Notes: generated by a model from the letters alone, not told the origin. Positions 19,597 through 30,511 are shown, counted from the first letter of the stretch. The stretch: DNA of 32,000 nt from Wolbachia endosymbiont strain TRS of Brugia malayi (GCF_000008385.1 NC_006833.1:180001-212000), one strand, 5' to 3'. Made by a program: numbers and translations.

Positions 19597-21529
19597 CTAT
19601 ATTTTTATAGCTTGTGAATTTACGTGCTCAACTTTATTTTCTTCCATCTCTCTATAACTTGATAATGTAGAAATTATTGCATGTAGTATAGTAGTTATCA
19701 CAACTAAAACAGCTATAATACCGTAAATTACCGCACCAACTACAGATGGAACCATCACAGCAGCAGTGATAAATAATCCTGTAATCACAACTCCAATAGC
19801 CTCATTCTTTAATGAGGTATAAAAATACTCCTTATTTTCTTTATATCTAGTTCCTTTTTCATTTGGTAATTGGTCAGCATTTGTTTCTTTTATTGATATA
19901 GGAGACACTGGTTTATTATCAGCATTTTCACTGGGTTACGGTTTATTTTCTTCTATATTCAGCGGTATAGTAGCCTGATCAGTTTCTGTTATTACAGGCA
20001 TCCCACCCCCATTTACTGCTGATTCATGCGATGCAATTACTTTCTTAATCATTCCGTACTAGCACCATTGCCGCTATAGAATTACGTTCCGAAGTAGCAG
20101 TACAAAATGCATCATCCCTCAATTGTTGGTATAATACGTACAACTCACTTTCAAGATTTAGTTTTAATTGCTCTGCATTAATATTTTGCAGTAGCGTGCT
20201 TAGAATTTCAGTATTACTGTCATTAATATCAGGAACAACAGAGCATAATATAGACTTGTTCTCCTCAATTTATTAACATAATATCTTCCTTCTTGGCCGA
20301 TTGCATTAATGGTGGTCACCCCATCTTCTAAGAGAAACTTTATAACTTTTGAATGCTTTTGATTGTGTTTAATTGCATGATCCAATAATCCATTTCCTAA
20401 CACAGCACCTTACTCACACTTACTTTGAAGACTAATTCTTTACTTACTTAATTTCAGTTGTAAGCTTTCAGAGCTAAGGTCCCATGCTATAGAGTTTATA
20501 ATTATCTAATAAAATCGCCACTTAGCACAATAGTTTTTACACTATCTTTATTACTACTGCTGGATTCTGCCCCATTTTCTTCTGCATCAGATGTGTTTTG
20601 CTTCTCCTTTTGTTTATTGCTGATCTAAGCAGTACAATTATTACACGGTTTGAGAGGTATTTAGAGTGTGATCAAGAATTGTCGAAGTCAACTTTAAATT
20701 CAGAGTCTATTTTAAGCTCTTTCTTAAGCGAGAATTTACTTTCTGTAATTATTTCTAGAAGATTTTTATATTAGTTCTGATATATTTATCATATACTTTA
20801 AAAGTAGCCTAACCTTTGGTAGACTATCATCTATAAAAGTATTACCCAGAGCATTAATCTTTTCTCCCTTATAAATCTCTTGTTATCTAAAAGCACCTTC
20901 ATAATGTCAATTTTTTCATTGCAAGGAACTATATCGAAGGACTCTAGTATTTTCGCATGATCTATATAATCTTAAAATACCTTAAACTCTTGAACATTTC
21001 CCTGAACAGTAGCATTATTCAAAGCATATAATTTTTCCTCTTCATCAAATTTACCACTTTCTAAAAATATCTTTACAACTCCAGGCTGTTCATTTGTTAC
21101 AGTCATGTCCAACCATAGTTCTACTGCCAGGGCTTCTCTTAACTTGAATGTCTAACTGTGCAAATAATTCAATAACTCTTAGAAAGATACCATAATCGCT
21201 TAAAATATCTTGCCTTTTTAAACTGATGGAATCTACAAGTGAGTCAAAAATTTTTTCATCTGTTACTTCTCCTTTTTTTTAGTTCTCCATAAAACTTTTA
21301 AGCCTCTATTTCAGGGCTTTTGGCTATGAACTTTATCTTATCGTATAGCATGGTAAATTGAGCATCTCTGGAGTCATCAGGATCTGCCAAGTTAGTTTCC
21401 GCTTTATTTCCTGCAATATCAGATATGTTTTGCTCCTCTTCCTTGGTTAACGCTGCAGTTATTTGCTCTTGTTGAGAGGAGAGTAAGTCTGTTGTTAAGG
21501 AGAAGATTTTTAATACGTGAGTTTATCAT
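19597..21529 (-). pseudogene. Ankyrin-repeat protein with C-terminal transmembrane anchor, degraded
   Basis: Minus-strand fragments in several frames contain ankyrin-like repeats: PGVVKIFLESGKFDEEEKLYALNNATVQGNVQEF, GNGLLDHAIKHNQKHSKVIKFLLEDGVTTINAIGQEG (ORF 20200-20403), and GEKINALGNTFIDDSL. The last piece (19597-19908) is open upstream of its annotated start and carries two hydrophobic helices (AIGVVITGLFITAAVMVPSVVGAVIYGIIAVLVVITTILHAII). The boundaries are approximate. Confidence 0.6.
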
Positions 21530-21646
21530 TTTCAGTTGCATGTTTTAGTTAGTAAATCTTCTAATGAATGGCCTCCTTACAATTAGTCAAGACATCTTGC
21601 AATCTCAAATGGCATGATATATACTGAATACTTAGTTCTCGAGTAA

Positions 21647-22576
21647 ATGATGGAAAATCTAGCATATAAATTAATTAAAGTAACTGAAGCTGCAGCACTT
21701 GCCGCATATAAGTTGGTGGGCTTAGGTGATGAAAAAAAGGCTGATCAGGTTGCAGTTGATGCAATGCGGACGGTACTAAATTCGATGGAAATAAATGGCA
21801 CAATTGTAATTGGTGAGGGTGAGAGAGATAAAGCACCGATGCTATATGTTGGAGAGAAGGTTGGCACTGGAAACGGTCCTGAGATCGATATTGCTGTTGA
21901 CCCACTTGAAGGTACTACAATTTGTGCTCACTATAAACAAAGTGCAATGTCCGTTCTTGCTGCAGCAAAAAAAGGTGACTTTTTACATGCACCAGATATC
22001 TATATGGAAAAAATAGCGATAGGAAAAGATCTTCCAATAGGTGTAGTTTCACTAAAAAATAGTGTTGAAAAAAATTTTGACAATCTAGCCCAAGCAAAAA
22101 AATGTGAAGTAAATGATCTTACAGTAACTATACTTAAACGTGAGAGGCACAATAATTTAATATTAAAAATCAGGAAGTTAGGAGCAAGAGTTAAATTGAT
22201 AGATGATGGTGATATTGCTGCTATAGTTTCATTAATTAATGGCAGCCACGATATATATATTGGCATAGGAGGAGCACCAGAAGGAGTGCTTGCAGCTGCA
22301 GCGTTAAGTTCAATAGGCGGACAAATGGAGGGAAGATTAATATTTGACACACATCAGTCAAAAGAAAGAGCAAAAATTTTGAATATTGATGACCTAGAAA
22401 AAATCTACTCTATAAAAGATATGGTAAAAGGTGAGTCAGTGTTCATTGCAACTGGAGTAACAAGCGGAGAGCTTGTAGATGGGGTTAAATTTGGTTATAA
22501 CATCTGCTCAACTAGTTCTTTAATAATGTTGCATAATAAGGTGATAAAGTTGCAAACAATACAAAATTTATGCTAA
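21647..22576 (+). CDS. glpX: Class II fructose-1,6-bisphosphatase (GlpX-type)
   Basis: A 309 aa ORF reading VTEAAALAAYKLVGLGDEKKADQVAVDAMR...IVIGEGERDKAPMLYVGEKVG...DIAVDPLEGTT, which matches the GlpX family signature regions. Confidence 0.93.
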   Translation: MMENLAYKLIKVTEAAALAAYKLVGLGDEKKADQVAVDAMRTVLNSMEINGTIVIGEGERDKAPMLYVGEKVGTGNGPEIDIAVDPLEGTTICAHYKQSAMSVLAAAKKGDFLHAPDIYMEKIAIGKDLPIGVVSLKNSVEKNFDNLAQAKKCEVNDLTVTILKRERHNNLILKIRKLGARVKLIDDGDIAAIVSLINGSHDIYIGIGGAPEGVLAAAALSSIGGQMEGRLIFDTHQSKERAKILNIDDLEKIYSIKDMVKGESVFIATGVTSGELVDGVKFGYNICSTSSLIMLHNKVIKLQTIQNLC

Positions 22577-22666
22577 TTTCCTTAGTTTTAACACACATAA
22601 ATTTTAGCATTTACAATGCACTAGCATTAAGATATACTATTTTAGTAAAATCGAAAGAGGTATGAT

Positions 22667-23560
22667 ATGGGATTATTTGAATGGTTCAAGGGATTTAAAT
22701 CTTCTGTGGAAAATACAGATGTCAATATTGCTTTACAAGAGAAACTGATCATACAAGTGGTTTCTTAAGACAAGCGTAAATTTGATAATAATTCTGAGAT
22801 ATAAAGCATACTATCAGGTTTTGACAATTTAGATTTCTCAAGTCGACCATTTAATTATCCTTCGTATGACATGAATTATGATGAAGGTAAAGAGGCAAAT
22901 CCATTTAACAAAATAGCAAAATACTATGGAAGAAATAAGAATGTTTCCCTTTTTATTGCCACGCTGGTGGTAATGTTCAAGCTAAAGAGAAGTTTATAGA
23001 GAAGATGAATATATATTTGGATAGAGTTAATAAAGGAGAGCATGATGCAAAAGAATTTTTAAATAGTGATTTGGCTGCTTTCTTTAATAAATATCACGTA
23101 GTATACTCAGGACATAATCGGTAATATTTGTAAAGAGTAAAAATATACAGCAATGGTAAAAGAATACTAATAATTGTGAAGAATGAGAAACAGGAGAAAA
23201 ACTACTCTTTCGTAGAACTTGCAATATGTAACATTGAAATTAGTTAGGGTGCAAAAGATAAGTCTGGAAAAGGCCTTAACTATTTTGCTGTTTTAAATAT
23301 AAATCCTGATCAAACTAGTATTAGGAAGTTATCCATCGACGGTAAAAATATTGACTAAAGGACATTTTAGAACTAGCTGAGCAAAACTAGGCTGTGTTTA
23401 TAAAAGGTAAAGCTTTACGTGAAGTTTTAGAGAATGTCTAGTTTAATAGACACTGTATGAGAAAAAGAAGGACACACAGCCATATGAGAATATCATCATC
23501 GGTATATCTAACTCTATCATTGATGAGAAAATAACTGTAGAAAAAGGAGTTTCTTCCCTT
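22667..23560 (+). pseudogene. Unidentified degraded gene
   Basis: A good SD (AAAGAGG) and ATG at 22667 give MGLFEWFKGFKSSVENTDVNIALQEKLIIQVVS*. Coding-like stretches follow in other frames (e.g. ...PFNKIAKYYGRNKNVSLFIATL..., ...KEKFIEKMNIYLDRVNKGEHDAKEFLNSDLAAFFNKYHVVYSGHNR*), interrupted by many stops. I recognise no family. Confidence 0.35.
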
Positions 23561-23573
23561 CAGCAAGGGGCTG

Positions 23574-24668
23574 CTACACATTAAACCTAAAGTGCATTAT
23601 ATCACCGTCTTGTACAATATAATCCTTGCCTTCGAAGCGAATTTTGCCTGCGTCTTTGCAAGCCGATTCGCTTCTATATTTTACATAATCTGCAAAACTT
23701 ATCGTTTCTGCTTTTATAAAACCTTTTTCAAAATCATTGTGAATTACACCAGCTGCTTTATCAGCTGTTGACCCTATTTTTATTGGCCACGCTCGTGCTT
23801 CTTTGAGGCCAACAGTAAAAAAGGTTATCATACTTAGCACTTCATACATAATACGCGCTACTCCATCAAGTCCCGACTCTTGCAGGCCAAATTCTGATAA
23901 AAAACTCTGTTTTTCCTCCTCACTTTCAAGATTTGCAATATCTGACTCAAGTTTTGCTGAGATACAATAAAATTTATTTTTGTTCTCTTCTGCTATTTTT
24001 TTCACCTTTTGAGATAGTTTATTACCCGTTATAATATTTATATCTTCAACATTGCAGACGTACATAACAGGCTTTGCCGTCAGCAATTGAAGTGATTTCA
24101 TTTCATTTCTATCACTACATTCTAAACTTCTTGCAGGTTTACCGAGTTTTAAAGTAGCTAAAACCTCATGCATCAAATCAAGTTGCCTCTTTAGCTCCTT
24201 ATTACCCTGCTTTGCTTTCTTTTCTAATTGAGGTAGCCTCTTTTCTATGCTATCAATATCAGCCAAAATTAATTCCATTTCCACTACCTCAGCATCTGAT
24301 ATTGGATCTATTTCATTATGCACATGGTTAACACCGTCGTCCATAAAGCACCTAAGCAGATGAACGATGGCATCAACTTCTCTGATATGACTCAAAAACT
24401 TATTACCGAGCCCTTCACCCTTACTCGCACCCTTTACCAGACCTGCAATATCCACGACTTCTAGCTGATTGTAGATTACCTTTTCTGAACCGGCAATTGC
24501 TGCGATTTGTCTCAAACGCTGATCTCTTATTGGCACCTTGCCAATATTTGGTTCGATTGTACAAAAGGGGTAATTTGCAGCTTCAGCTGCACTTGATTGT
24601 GTAAGTGCGTTAAATAAAGTTGATTTTCCTATGTTTGGTAACCCAACTATGCCACAGTTAAAGCTCAT
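23574..24668 (-). CDS. ychF: Ribosome-binding ATPase YchF (Obg-like GTPase family)
   Basis: The track ORF is 23574-24689; the likely start is the ATG at 24668 (MSFNCGIVGLPNIGKSTLFNALT, G1 motif). It has DIAGLVKGASKGEGLGN (G3), a coiled-coil insert, and a C-terminal TGS-like domain (GKDYIVQDGDIMHFRFNV). Confidence 0.95.
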   Translation of the reverse strand: MSFNCGIVGLPNIGKSTLFNALTQSSAAEAANYPFCTIEPNIGKVPIRDQRLRQIAAIAGSEKVIYNQLEVVDIAGLVKGASKGEGLGNKFLSHIREVDAIVHLLRCFMDDGVNHVHNEIDPISDAEVVEMELILADIDSIEKRLPQLEKKAKQGNKELKRQLDLMHEVLATLKLGKPARSLECSDRNEMKSLQLLTAKPVMYVCNVEDINIITGNKLSQKVKKIAEENKNKFYCISAKLESDIANLESEEEKQSFLSEFGLQESGLDGVARIMYEVLSMITFFTVGLKEARAWPIKIGSTADKAAGVIHNDFEKGFIKAETISFADYVKYRSESACKDAGKIRFEGKDYIVQDGDIMHFRFNV

Positions 24669-24781
24669 ATTTACCATATAAAACCACAATTGTTACATGA
24701 TTTAAGAATTTTTGCTATACTTAATTAGTTATTTATTAACAACTTTACTGATATAGTAATATATAATTAAGGTGAGAAACT

Positions 24782-25553
24782 ATGACTACAGCTCAAAAAC
24801 CGGAAACTACTAAGTGATTTTCAAGACATTGAAAGTGCGAAAAGGTTCAAGAGCTCAGGGCAGGAAATAACTCTTTCAAGTAGTAGCCCCTACCCTGATA
24901 ATTTCCATGTAGGGTAGCAATTGGTAATGGAAATTGTTTTTTAACCTCATTCAAACAAAGCTTGAGACAGCAGAAGGGAATCAAAAGTTACTGTAGAGCA
25001 GTTGTGAAAAGACTATAAAGAATTTGCGCAAAAAAATCTGCAGAATGGTTTCAAAGTACAATTGCAAGCAGCTACGATAGTAGTGATAATATTCGCATTG
25101 AAATTGCAGATAACTATGTAAAAAACATCTTGGATAATAGTAGATGGGATGATCCTGAAGTTGAAGGTAGAATATTTTGTGGAAAGTATGGCATGAAATT
25201 GCACCTTTGAATCAAAAATCGGTTATATTTTAAGTTTTTGCAGAGATGGATATTTCAGGATGAGGATGGGTTTAATGCAAATGTTAAACAAGTAATAATG
25301 GGCTCTAAATTCTATGGAACACTTGCTAAAGAGCTTTAAAAAATTAACTCAGATTGAAGCGAGTAAATCGCTAGAAAATATGTGAGGTCTTGGTAACATA
25401 GGTCGCACACATAGCCTTATCAGTTCTTCAGGTAGTACGTAAACAGGTAGTCTAAACTATAATAATCAATCTACCATGCATATAATAAACAAAGGTGATG
25501 CTCACTTTGAACCATTGCTTGACAGAAGTAAAAGTTTAGCAAAGCAAGAGTAA
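24782..25553 (+). pseudogene. OTU-like cysteine protease (putative deubiquitinase) pseudogene
   Basis: SD AAGGTGAG and ATG at 24782 give MTTAQKPETTK*. Later fragments are FPCRVAIGNGNCFLTSFKQSL (OTU Cys box, 24902-24964), ...AEWFQSTIASSYDSSDNIRIEIADNYVKNILDNSRWDDPEVEGRIFCGKYGMKLHL* (variable-loop/W-G region), and MHIINKGDAHFEPLL...* (OTU His box, ending 25553). More coding-like debris continues to ~25790. Confidence 0.65.
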
Positions 25554-25873
25554 GGAGATTTTCTATTAGCAAAAAAACTTCAGCTAGATGAGATCTCAGA
25601 ATATTACAACTTTTCAAGGGGTAGCAGTCAGAAAGCAGGGGTTGAAAGAAGCGTTTGATAAGTCATTAACAGAAAGTTTAATGGAGAAATTAGTGATGTT
25701 ATAAAACGGGTAGAGCAGTACATGAAACGCTCTGAAGAACAAAATCCTTTGGCTTACCAAGATATGGTATGAAAGAAACAAGGATAGAAAAAACATTTCA
25801 TCAGCAGCAGTCTGTAAAATCTTGTTAACTCTATATGTTTTTATATAGGGCTTTTTTGCAAAATCTCAGTAAT

Positions 25874-27073
25874 ATGAGTACAATACGCACAACCCAAATG
25901 CAAGTTGATCATAAAACTAGTTTAATTATTGATGCCGTAGAGAAATTTGGTGGTGAGGTGAGGCTTGTTGGTGGGTGCGTGAGAGATTCAATTCTGCAGC
26001 GTAAAGTTCACGACATTGACTTAGCCACCAATTTACTGCCCAGTCAAGTAATTGAAGCACTAAAATTTCACAATATAAAAGCTATTCCAACCGGCTTAAA
26101 ACATGGAACTATCACTGCAGTTTTAAATCAAAGGTCCTTTGAGATCACAACGCTAAGGCATGATGTTAAGTGTGATGGTAGGCATGCAAAAGTAGAATTT
26201 ACCGATAATTGGCGAGCTGATGCTTCGAGACGCGACTTTACATTCAACGCTCTATACGCAAACAAGTACGGCCATATATATGACTACTTTGGTGGTACTC
26301 AGGACTTGAAAGCACGAAGATTAAATTTTATAGGCAACGCTGAAGATAGAATTAAAGAAGACTATCTGCGCATTTTAAGGGCGTTTCGTTTTCATGCAAA
26401 AATATGCATTGGAGATATGAGTGATAAAATATTGAATGTATGCAAAAAGCACGCACACAAGATTTATAACCTCTCTGGAGAGAGAATAAGAGATGAAATG
26501 TTTAAATTGCTGGAGTATGATGCTCCGGTTCCAACACTTAAGAGTATGCAAAAATCTGATGTTTTACAAAAAATTATCCCAAAAGAGGTAAAATGCGAAA
26601 TTCTGTCTTCGGCATTTCTTTTTGGCACTGATGCACTAGTAAAATTAGCGTTACTTCTTAGGACTACCGAAAAAAATGACAGGTTGAGCCTTGGAGAATA
26701 CGTAAGTAAGTTTTTACGCCTTTCAAACAAGCAAAAGAAAAAGCTATTATTTTTACTATCCAATAATATCAAAACAGAGCTTACAGAAAAAGAGCAAAGG
26801 AAATATATATCTTTACTTGGCAAGGAATTATATTGCGATTTAGTAAAAGTTTGTGGTGTTGAGTCCGGAGCAAATGTTGATGAGTACATTTCACTTGCTC
26901 AGGTGCTTAACATCCAGAAATTTCCTTTATCTGGCGATGATTTGATAAATATAGGTTACCAGCCAGGAAAAAATTTAGGTAGGAACTTGAAATTACTAAG
27001 ACAACATTGGGAAGATAGTTCCTACACTTTAACAAAAAAGGAGCTGATGCTTTATGCTAAAAGTTTACTCTAA
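25874..27073 (+). CDS. tRNA nucleotidyltransferase / poly(A) polymerase family protein (CCA-adding enzyme type)
   Basis: The track ORF is 25835-27073; the ATG at 25874 (MSTIRTTQ) is a likelier start. It has the Pol-beta-type head motif GGEVRLVGGCVRDSILQRKVHDIDLAT, TLRHD, and RRDFTFNALY...EDYLRILRAFRF. Confidence 0.85.
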   Translation: MSTIRTTQMQVDHKTSLIIDAVEKFGGEVRLVGGCVRDSILQRKVHDIDLATNLLPSQVIEALKFHNIKAIPTGLKHGTITAVLNQRSFEITTLRHDVKCDGRHAKVEFTDNWRADASRRDFTFNALYANKYGHIYDYFGGTQDLKARRLNFIGNAEDRIKEDYLRILRAFRFHAKICIGDMSDKILNVCKKHAHKIYNLSGERIRDEMFKLLEYDAPVPTLKSMQKSDVLQKIIPKEVKCEILSSAFLFGTDALVKLALLLRTTEKNDRLSLGEYVSKFLRLSNKQKKKLLFLLSNNIKTELTEKEQRKYISLLGKELYCDLVKVCGVESGANVDEYISLAQVLNIQKFPLSGDDLINIGYQPGKNLGRNLKLLRQHWEDSSYTLTKKELMLYAKSLL

Positions 27074-27095
27074 TTTTTGCCTGTCACAATTTTTA

Positions 27096-29576
27096 TTATC
27101 CATGTCCTACAACTCTTATATTACTCGGTGACAGCACAAATATACTAGTATGACTCATAGAAGAGCTAGGCACGTTGTTTGGTAGCAAATTTATCTCTCT
27201 AACTTTCTCTAAAAAGATTTTCACCCTAGCATTTGCTAACTCTTTTACAACAATCTCTTTAAGCAGGATTGATGGATTTTTACTATTACTTCTTTCGTTA
27301 TAAAACTTATTCATGCTAGAATCAGCTATTATTGCTATGTCTTTTATATTTAATCTTAATCTCTTTATATATTACTTAACAGAGTGCAGCAATTTGGTTT
27401 TTAATTTACTCTTGCACATGATACCATCAAGTAACTCTTTATCTGTGTTTTTGCTAACCTGATAATACTTATTACCCTTGTCAATCACTACTTCTTTAAC
27501 CTTACCTTCTATAACTTCCCTTATTAAATTTTTTAAACAAATTAAGTAATTCATTATCTTGAGGTTTATTGTCTTGTTTATTTGAGAGGAATTTTACAGT
27601 TTCTCTCAAGAAGTTGAGAAGAAAATTCTTTTCTCTCAATTCAGGGAAATTCTTTTTTAAATCCATATTTCGGTCAGACAAGAAACGTCCAAGACCCTGC
27701 AAAGGCTTTTTTAGTAAGTTAAACGGATCAGTAATTGATTTCGTGATAGATACTTTATCCACATCCCCTATACTGGCTTTTGAACTTCTGTTTGTCCTTG
27801 TGTATCTTTCCTTTTACTTCCCATCTCGTTGTGCATCTTTAGTTGGTGAACTTTCAATCTGTTGATCTTTTAATATCAAATTCTCATGAAGTGCCTCTGT
27901 ATGTGCTGCAATAGATGATACTACAACATCTCTTGCTTTTTTCTGCTTCCGGGTATTTAAGCAACCTTTCTTGCTCAGCAAGTTTTCCTCTGGCTTCTTG
28001 TAATTCCTCATCTGATTTCTTCTTTAATGTCTTCAACCTTTCTATTTCCTCAGCTTTTTTCTTTGAATCTGTCTCCCATTCTTTTTTTTGATTAGACGAA
28101 GCAGTTTCAAACTTGCTAATATCTTTTTTACTTTTTGCCAGATCTACACCCTTTTGGCTAGACATTTTAGTCAATCTTTTTTGCACATTTTTTTATCTTC
28201 CTTTAAAGTCTGTACTTGTTTTTGCAACTCAGCAGACTCATTTTCTAAGTCCTCTTTCTCTTTTTCAACAGCACTTAATTGACTTTCTAAATTCTCCAAT
28301 TCGCGTTCTAACTCACGCTGACTTTCCTCACACGTTTTGCATGCTTCTTCCATAGCTTTTAACTGCTTTTCATGCTGAGCTTTTTCTTTTCGCAATTCAC
28401 TTACTTTACTTTCTAATTCAGCATTCTTGCTTATAGTCTATCGTAACTCTGTCACTTTTGTTGCTCGAAATTACTCTTTTCTTCCTCCAATGTTTTTACT
28501 TGATTGATTAATCTGCGTTCATATTACGCTAATCTTTCATTTTCTTTATTCAAGTTAGCTTCTTGGCTAATATCTTTGATTCTCTTCCTTTACATAGCTT
28601 AGTTGATTATTTAAATCTCTATTTCCTTCTTCCAATTACTGTTTAGGTTCTTGAGTACTTTGCAATTGAACAGTCAGTATATTCACATTTGATTGATAGA
28701 GCTTCTTTATTACAACCTAAGTTACTAATTTTACCTTCTAACCCACTAACTCCATCTTCAAGTTCCGTTATTTGTATTTGTAGACTTCATTACCCTTCTT
28801 AACAGCCTCATTTTCATCAGCAAGTGATTTAATCAAAGCATCTTGCTCTCCGACCCTTTTTCTTGATCATATATAGTTTACTGTTTGTTCATCAACTTTA
28901 CCCTTTATTGTTTTCTTATCCTGTTCTAATTCTTCATTTAACCTTGTTAAATTACTTTATTTCCTGTCTTTTTCCTCCACTCTACCAAAAGCTTTCTTGT
29001 TCTGTTTACAAGTTCTGTGTTGTATTCAATTAGTTCCTCTTCTCGTTTGTCTGCAGCTTCTGTCAATTCCTTATAACCCTTTTTAAACTTTTCAATTATA
29101 GACTACAATTCTCTATTTTCCTCTTTTAAGGAAACATTTTGCAAACGTGTTCGAGTTCTAGTTCCTGACTCATATCCCCTAGCTGTTCTTCTAATGCTCC
29201 ATTTTTCTCTGTACTCACTTCTCCTATATTAGAATAGTCATCATCAATTAGCCCACTACCCTCAGTACTGCAAAAATAGATTCCACCAGTAAATTCGTTA
29301 CTTTCTTCAGTTTTAACCCCTTCATCTTTACTCATTACTTCACTTTGAAGTATCAAATCAACTTGAACACCTGCATTTACTGTTGTAAGCTTATCAGCTT
29401 AAACTCCATTATTTGCAGTAGCTTTATTATAGTATAGAATATTTTCTGCTCATTTATTCCATCTCTTTGGCAATATCTGCCCAATCGTTTTTTAGGTATA
29501 GATAAGCAAACACGGTAGATCAGCTATATCCTTTTTCCTCCCTTTTAATATTAATTTCATTACTTGTGCCAAGCAT
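27096..29576 (-). pseudogene. Large coiled-coil protein gene, heavily fragmented
   Basis: The minus strand has SD GGTGAGG plus ATG at 29576 (MLGTSNEINIKREEK...). At least seven overlapping or adjacent ORF fragments follow in all three frames (29126-29356, 28171-28395, 27884-28186, 27814-28011, 27502-27762, 27372-27554, 27096-27314). They are rich in heptad-like E/K/L/Q sequence (e.g. EKQLKAMEEACKTCEESQRELERELENLESQLSAVEKEKEDLENESAELQKQVQTLKED). Treating them as one ancestral gene is inference. Confidence 0.55.
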
Positions 29577-29856
29577 AAAATTACCTCACCTTTTTTCAAT
29601 TCTAAAAACTTTCTTCAAGCTAAATTTTACTAACAATCACCAGAAATAGTAACTAAATTATATATTAGTGTAAAAATTAAATAAGCATTAATGCAGATGT
29701 TAAACTTGACCTGAACGTTTTTAATGTTAAGTAGACAAAGTTCTACCCATTTAACAAACCTTAAATAGAAATATGCATATTTGTAAGCACATCATTTGCC
29801 TTTTTTTATTGCTCCTACCAACATTTCTTGTCCATTACCCTGACTTTTTACGTCAA

Positions 29857-30293
29857 CTACCTGGCTAAATTTGCAAGAAAGGTGATCAAACTGACTTCCT
29901 GTAGTTCCACTTGTTTCAACACCAGAGCTCTGCTCTCATGGTCAATGTTATATCTTACGATATAACCAATCGAAAGTCCATTATTAATTACCCCAGTCTT
30001 AAGTATTAAGTAAGCCTCTTCTGATTTTTGAATACCTAGGAGCAAACGCACAGTTATATACAACCCAACATCATTTTTACAAATTTTATAATATTGCCTA
30101 TAGGCTCACCAAGATTGTGCTGCCAGAGAAGCTTTATCTCATTTTTGTTCAAATTCTCTTTAAATGCTCCAAACAAGATTAGGTCACTTATTTATCGACT
30201 ATATTAAAGACACTCGCATAACCAGAAAATACGCCGTTTTCTCCTATATTTTTTATTAACAATGGGATGAACAGAGAAATTTCTTATCCTCAT
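29857..30293 (-). pseudogene. HK97-family phage prohead protease (Peptidase_S78/U35) pseudogene
   Basis: The minus strand has AGGAGG plus ATG at 30293. Frame-shifted pieces follow: GENGVFSGYASVFNIVDK, DLILFGAFKENLNKNEIKLLWQHNLGEPIGNI, and GLYITVRLLLGIQKSEEAYLILKTGVINNGLSIGYIVRYNIDHESRALVLKQVELQEVSLITFLAN. Compare the family pattern GYAsvFn.vD...GAF...i.lLwqHn...PIG...lSIGY...L.EVSLVtfPAN. Confidence 0.75.
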
Positions 30294-30511
30294 AAAGCCT
30301 CCTTGTAGATTATGCTATTGGGGATTTTATTTGAAGTAACTTGCAATATACTGCGAAACAACCTTATTATATACAGTACTCTAAAAGAGGGAAGCATTTT
30401 TAATTACAAAATAGAAACTATGGAAGCAACAAAGCCATCCCAACGTCACACAAACAACTTATGAGCATTTGTGATTTGATAAGCTAAAGATAGCTCACAG
30501 AAGTACAAAAA

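Noticed and set aside
21675-22350. ORFs 21675-21905(-), 21810-22016(+), 21915-22097(-), 22000-22350(-) within glpX
   Set aside because: They are alternative-frame or antisense ORFs inside a clearly identified GlpX gene.
25013-25796. Minus-strand ORFs 25013-25204 and 25614-25796
   Set aside because: They are antisense to the plus-strand OTU-like remnants, which carry the recognisable motifs.
26464-26889. Minus-strand 141-aa ORF
   Set aside because: It is antisense to the CCA-type nucleotidyltransferase, with a serine/phenylalanine-rich shadow translation.
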